Source: Euryarchaeota archaeon UBA558 | Lineage (GTDB): Archaea; Thermoplasmatota; Poseidoniia; Poseidoniales; Thalassarchaeaceae | DNA: 64,000 bases | Direction: 5' to 3' | Assembly: GCA_002507175.1 (NCBI GenBank) | Contig: DAZE01000005.1 | Location: 20,980-84,979, forward strand | Translations under genes and position numbers: made by a program | Shown: positions 62,233-64,000 of the stretch, piece by piece | How positions within the stretch are numbered: position 1 is the stretch's first letter | Layout: the number at the start of each line of letters is the position of its first letter | Notes under the pieces: model-generated | Told to the model about the DNA's origin: nothing | The model's database searches: none | Seen by the model: only the letters and a program-made list of their open reading frames with translations

Positions 62233-63177
62233 GTGATTGCGGGATACAACATGGACCTCATTACAATGGATGACCTAACCAATGATGAATCGCTATCACT
62301 TTTGGAGGACGCCAAGAGGTTGATGCCCGTAGCCAATGGGTCAGCGTATCTACCTCTTCTGGAGGGAAGGGTGCTAGGGAATTTGTTTTTTGAAAATTCA
62401 ACGAGAACAAGGCTCTCTTTTGAAACCGCCATGAAGAGACTCGGAGGCGAAGTACTCAATTTGAGTGACGTCGGCTCATCGGTCAAGAAGGGGGAGACTC
62501 TCTACGACACTATGCAGATGATAGATGGATATGCTGACATAGCGGTAATTCGACATCCCAGACAAGGAGCTGCACAATATGCTGCAGACGCAGTCGAAAT
62601 ACCTATTCTGAATGCTGGGGATGGCGCAGGTAATCATCCCACCCAGACCTTACTCGATTTATTCACAATTAAACAAGGGCATGGAAATATCCAAGACCTT
62701 CGAGTGGTTTTAGTTGGCGATCTTAGGTATGGGAGGACGGTACATAGTCTGAGTCACGCCTTAAGCCGGTTTGGTGCATCATTGACCTTCGTTTCCCCCG
62801 AGAGCCTAATGATGCCGGAAGAAATTGTTAGGGATCTAAAATCAAACGGATGTGATGTAACCGAAACTTCCGATCTACTATCCGTCCTGGGATCCTCAGA
62901 TGTCGTTTACATGACCCGAATACAAAGGGAAAGATTCCCGGACGAGGCGGAGTATGAGAAAGTAGCCGGAATATACACAATAAAATCCGATGACCTAGCC
63001 CACGCCCCCTCTAACATGATGATTATGCATCCACTGCCTAGAGTTAGTGAGATTCACCCTAGTATTGACTCTACTAGTCATGCTTGGTACTTTAGACAGG
63101 CATTCAATGGCGTTCCTACTCGAATGGCTCTTCTGTGCCGAAGTCTCGGAGTTCAAGTTCCGGAGGTGATTAATTGA
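62233..63177 (+). CDS. pyrB: Aspartate carbamoyltransferase catalytic subunit
   Basis: The STRTR motif (FENSTRTRLSFETA) and HPLP (MIMHPLPRV) are present. It is 314 aa. Confidence 0.9.
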   Translation: MIAGYNMDLITMDDLTNDESLSLLEDAKRLMPVANGSAYLPLLEGRVLGNLFFENSTRTRLSFETAMKRLGGEVLNLSDVGSSVKKGETLYDTMQMIDGYADIAVIRHPRQGAAQYAADAVEIPILNAGDGAGNHPTQTLLDLFTIKQGHGNIQDLRVVLVGDLRYGRTVHSLSHALSRFGASLTFVSPESLMMPEEIVRDLKSNGCDVTETSDLLSVLGSSDVVYMTRIQRERFPDEAEYEKVAGIYTIKSDDLAHAPSNMMIMHPLPRVSEIHPSIDSTSHAWYFRQAFNGVPTRMALLCRSLGVQVPEVIN

Positions 63178-63641
63178 GCGAAATGAGGAGAGTTTCAGCG
63201 ATATGCAATGGAACAGTGATCGACCATATACCATCTGGAAGGGCCGTACAAGTAATGCGAATGTTGCACATAGACGGATCTCAATCCAATCCAATCTCTC
63301 TCGTCATGAATGTACCAAGTGGTAAAGTTGGTAGGAAGGATGTGTTGAAAATCGAGGATAGGGAACTGAGTCAAGAAGAATTGGATAGGTTGGCCTTAGT
63401 CGCCCCTTCTGCCTCAATCGCAATCATAAGGAATTATGGTGTTGCTGAAAAGAGGAAAATCGAACTCGGGGACGAACTAATCGACATAGCAAGGTGTTCG
63501 TTCTTCAATTGCATAACTCAGAGTACCAATGAGCCGCTACCACACAAACTAAGGGTTATTTCATCGGAACCTTTGGAGATTAGATGTGCATATTGCGGGA
63601 TGTCCCAATCCGTCGATCAAATTGTTGAATCGTTGGTTTAG
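63174..63641 (+). CDS. pyrI: Aspartate carbamoyltransferase regulatory subunit
   Basis: It has an ATGA overlap with pyrB. The PyrI N-domain reads VSAICNGTVIDHIP, and the C-terminal Zn-binding region has CSFFNC…CAYCG. Confidence 0.9.
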   Translation: MSEMRRVSAICNGTVIDHIPSGRAVQVMRMLHIDGSQSNPISLVMNVPSGKVGRKDVLKIEDRELSQEELDRLALVAPSASIAIIRNYGVAEKRKIELGDELIDIARCSFFNCITQSTNEPLPHKLRVISSEPLEIRCAYCGMSQSVDQIVESLV

Positions 63642-63660
63642 AGCCAGTTTCGGCAGTAAC

Positions 63661-64000
63661 TCACAATCTGTCCAGAATAGATTTGAAAACCTCGGATTTG
63701 GTTCCAACCGAGCGGGCCTCCAGCCTCTTCAAAATTAATTCCGGTGTTGATCTCGCTGGAATACCTATCCTTGGAACTCTATCCACAACCAATTCCAGTT
63801 CCTCATCCAGTCCCTTTGCCTCTATACCGTCAACTCTGGCCTTGAATTCCATTTTCTTGCATATCGAAGATCCGATATGCGTAACCATCAAGATAGCATT
63901 GACGGAATTTTTCGCTGCCACATCCAGCAGACCTGCAAGAATGCCAGCCGCAGCCTCTGGTTCCGTGATTGCCTCCAACTCGTCTGCTAGTACGAATTTT
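63661..64000 (-). CDS. Partial ORF (C-terminal part; continues beyond window end), possible degenerate ABC/P-loop ATPase-like C-terminus
   Basis: The reading frame is open to position 64000 (…KFVLADELEAITEPEAAAGILAGLLDVAAKNSVNAILMVTHIGSS…). The segment VLADE…AILMVTH resembles a Walker B–D-loop–H-loop arrangement. The similarity is weak. Confidence 0.3.
   Translation of the reverse strand, partial: KFVLADELEAITEPEAAAGILAGLLDVAAKNSVNAILMVTHIGSSICKKMEFKARVDGIEAKGLDEELELVVDRVPRIGIPARSTPELILKRLEARSVGTKSEVFKSILDRL

Noticed and set aside
1-64000. CRISPR arrays, IS elements, integrases, prophage or toxin-antitoxin pairs
   Set aside because: No direct-repeat/spacer periodicity was seen. No transposase DDE or integrase Tyr-recombinase motifs, terminal inverted repeats, or phage structural genes were found in any frame.

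Overview
This window is an archaeal chromosomal segment, roughly 50% GC with an acidic proteome. Archaeal-type translation and chromatin genes (aIF1A, RIO1 plus a Dim2-like KH protein, Hjc, MC1, Cdc48, Lhr, a PGF-CTERM surface protein) point to a marine euryarchaeon, possibly Thermoplasmatota-like; this placement is inference only. Most of the window is core metabolism and informational genes on both strands.

Main contents, in order: an 11-subunit archaeal-type complex I operon (nuoABCDHI-J1-J2-KLMN, no nuoEFG, split nuoJ); an aIF1A / membrane protein / RIO1 / KH(Dim2-like) cluster; a photolyase; an M29 aminopeptidase; a methylcrotonyl-CoA carboxylase-type cluster (MCC beta, enoyl-CoA hydratase, PqqB-like MBL hydrolase, biotin carboxylase, separate BT+BCCP); a Vsr endonuclease with no Dcm in view; an SSS transporter with a fused acidic C-terminal domain; serS; a presenilin/SPP-like protease; folC; dCMP deaminase; an Lhr helicase; a signal peptidase I convergent with a PDZ-containing S2P protease; Hjc; an RNase H-like/AbrB-like fusion; a macro-domain protein; a stand-alone RAM domain; chromatin protein MC1; sdhBA plus a membrane anchor; tRNA-Gly(CCC); a 1044-aa PGF-CTERM surface protein (RCC1-like repeats plus about 14 Cys-rich repeats); an ALDH7-like dehydrogenase; Cdc48 followed by a tightly coupled PRC-barrel / DUF4350-like / DUF58 / polytopic membrane gene set; TtuA/NcsA; a SAP-domain membrane protein; an AKR; and pyrBI.

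I saw no CRISPR array, IS element or prophage. The best candidate for an undescribed system is the Cdc48-led DUF58 module at 52640-59332. Secondary candidates are the RNase H-like/AbrB fusion next to Hjc and the macro domain, the Vsr with no Dcm in the window, insertions in NuoL, NuoI and NuoH, and an unannotated 35-aa zinc-ribbon ORF.
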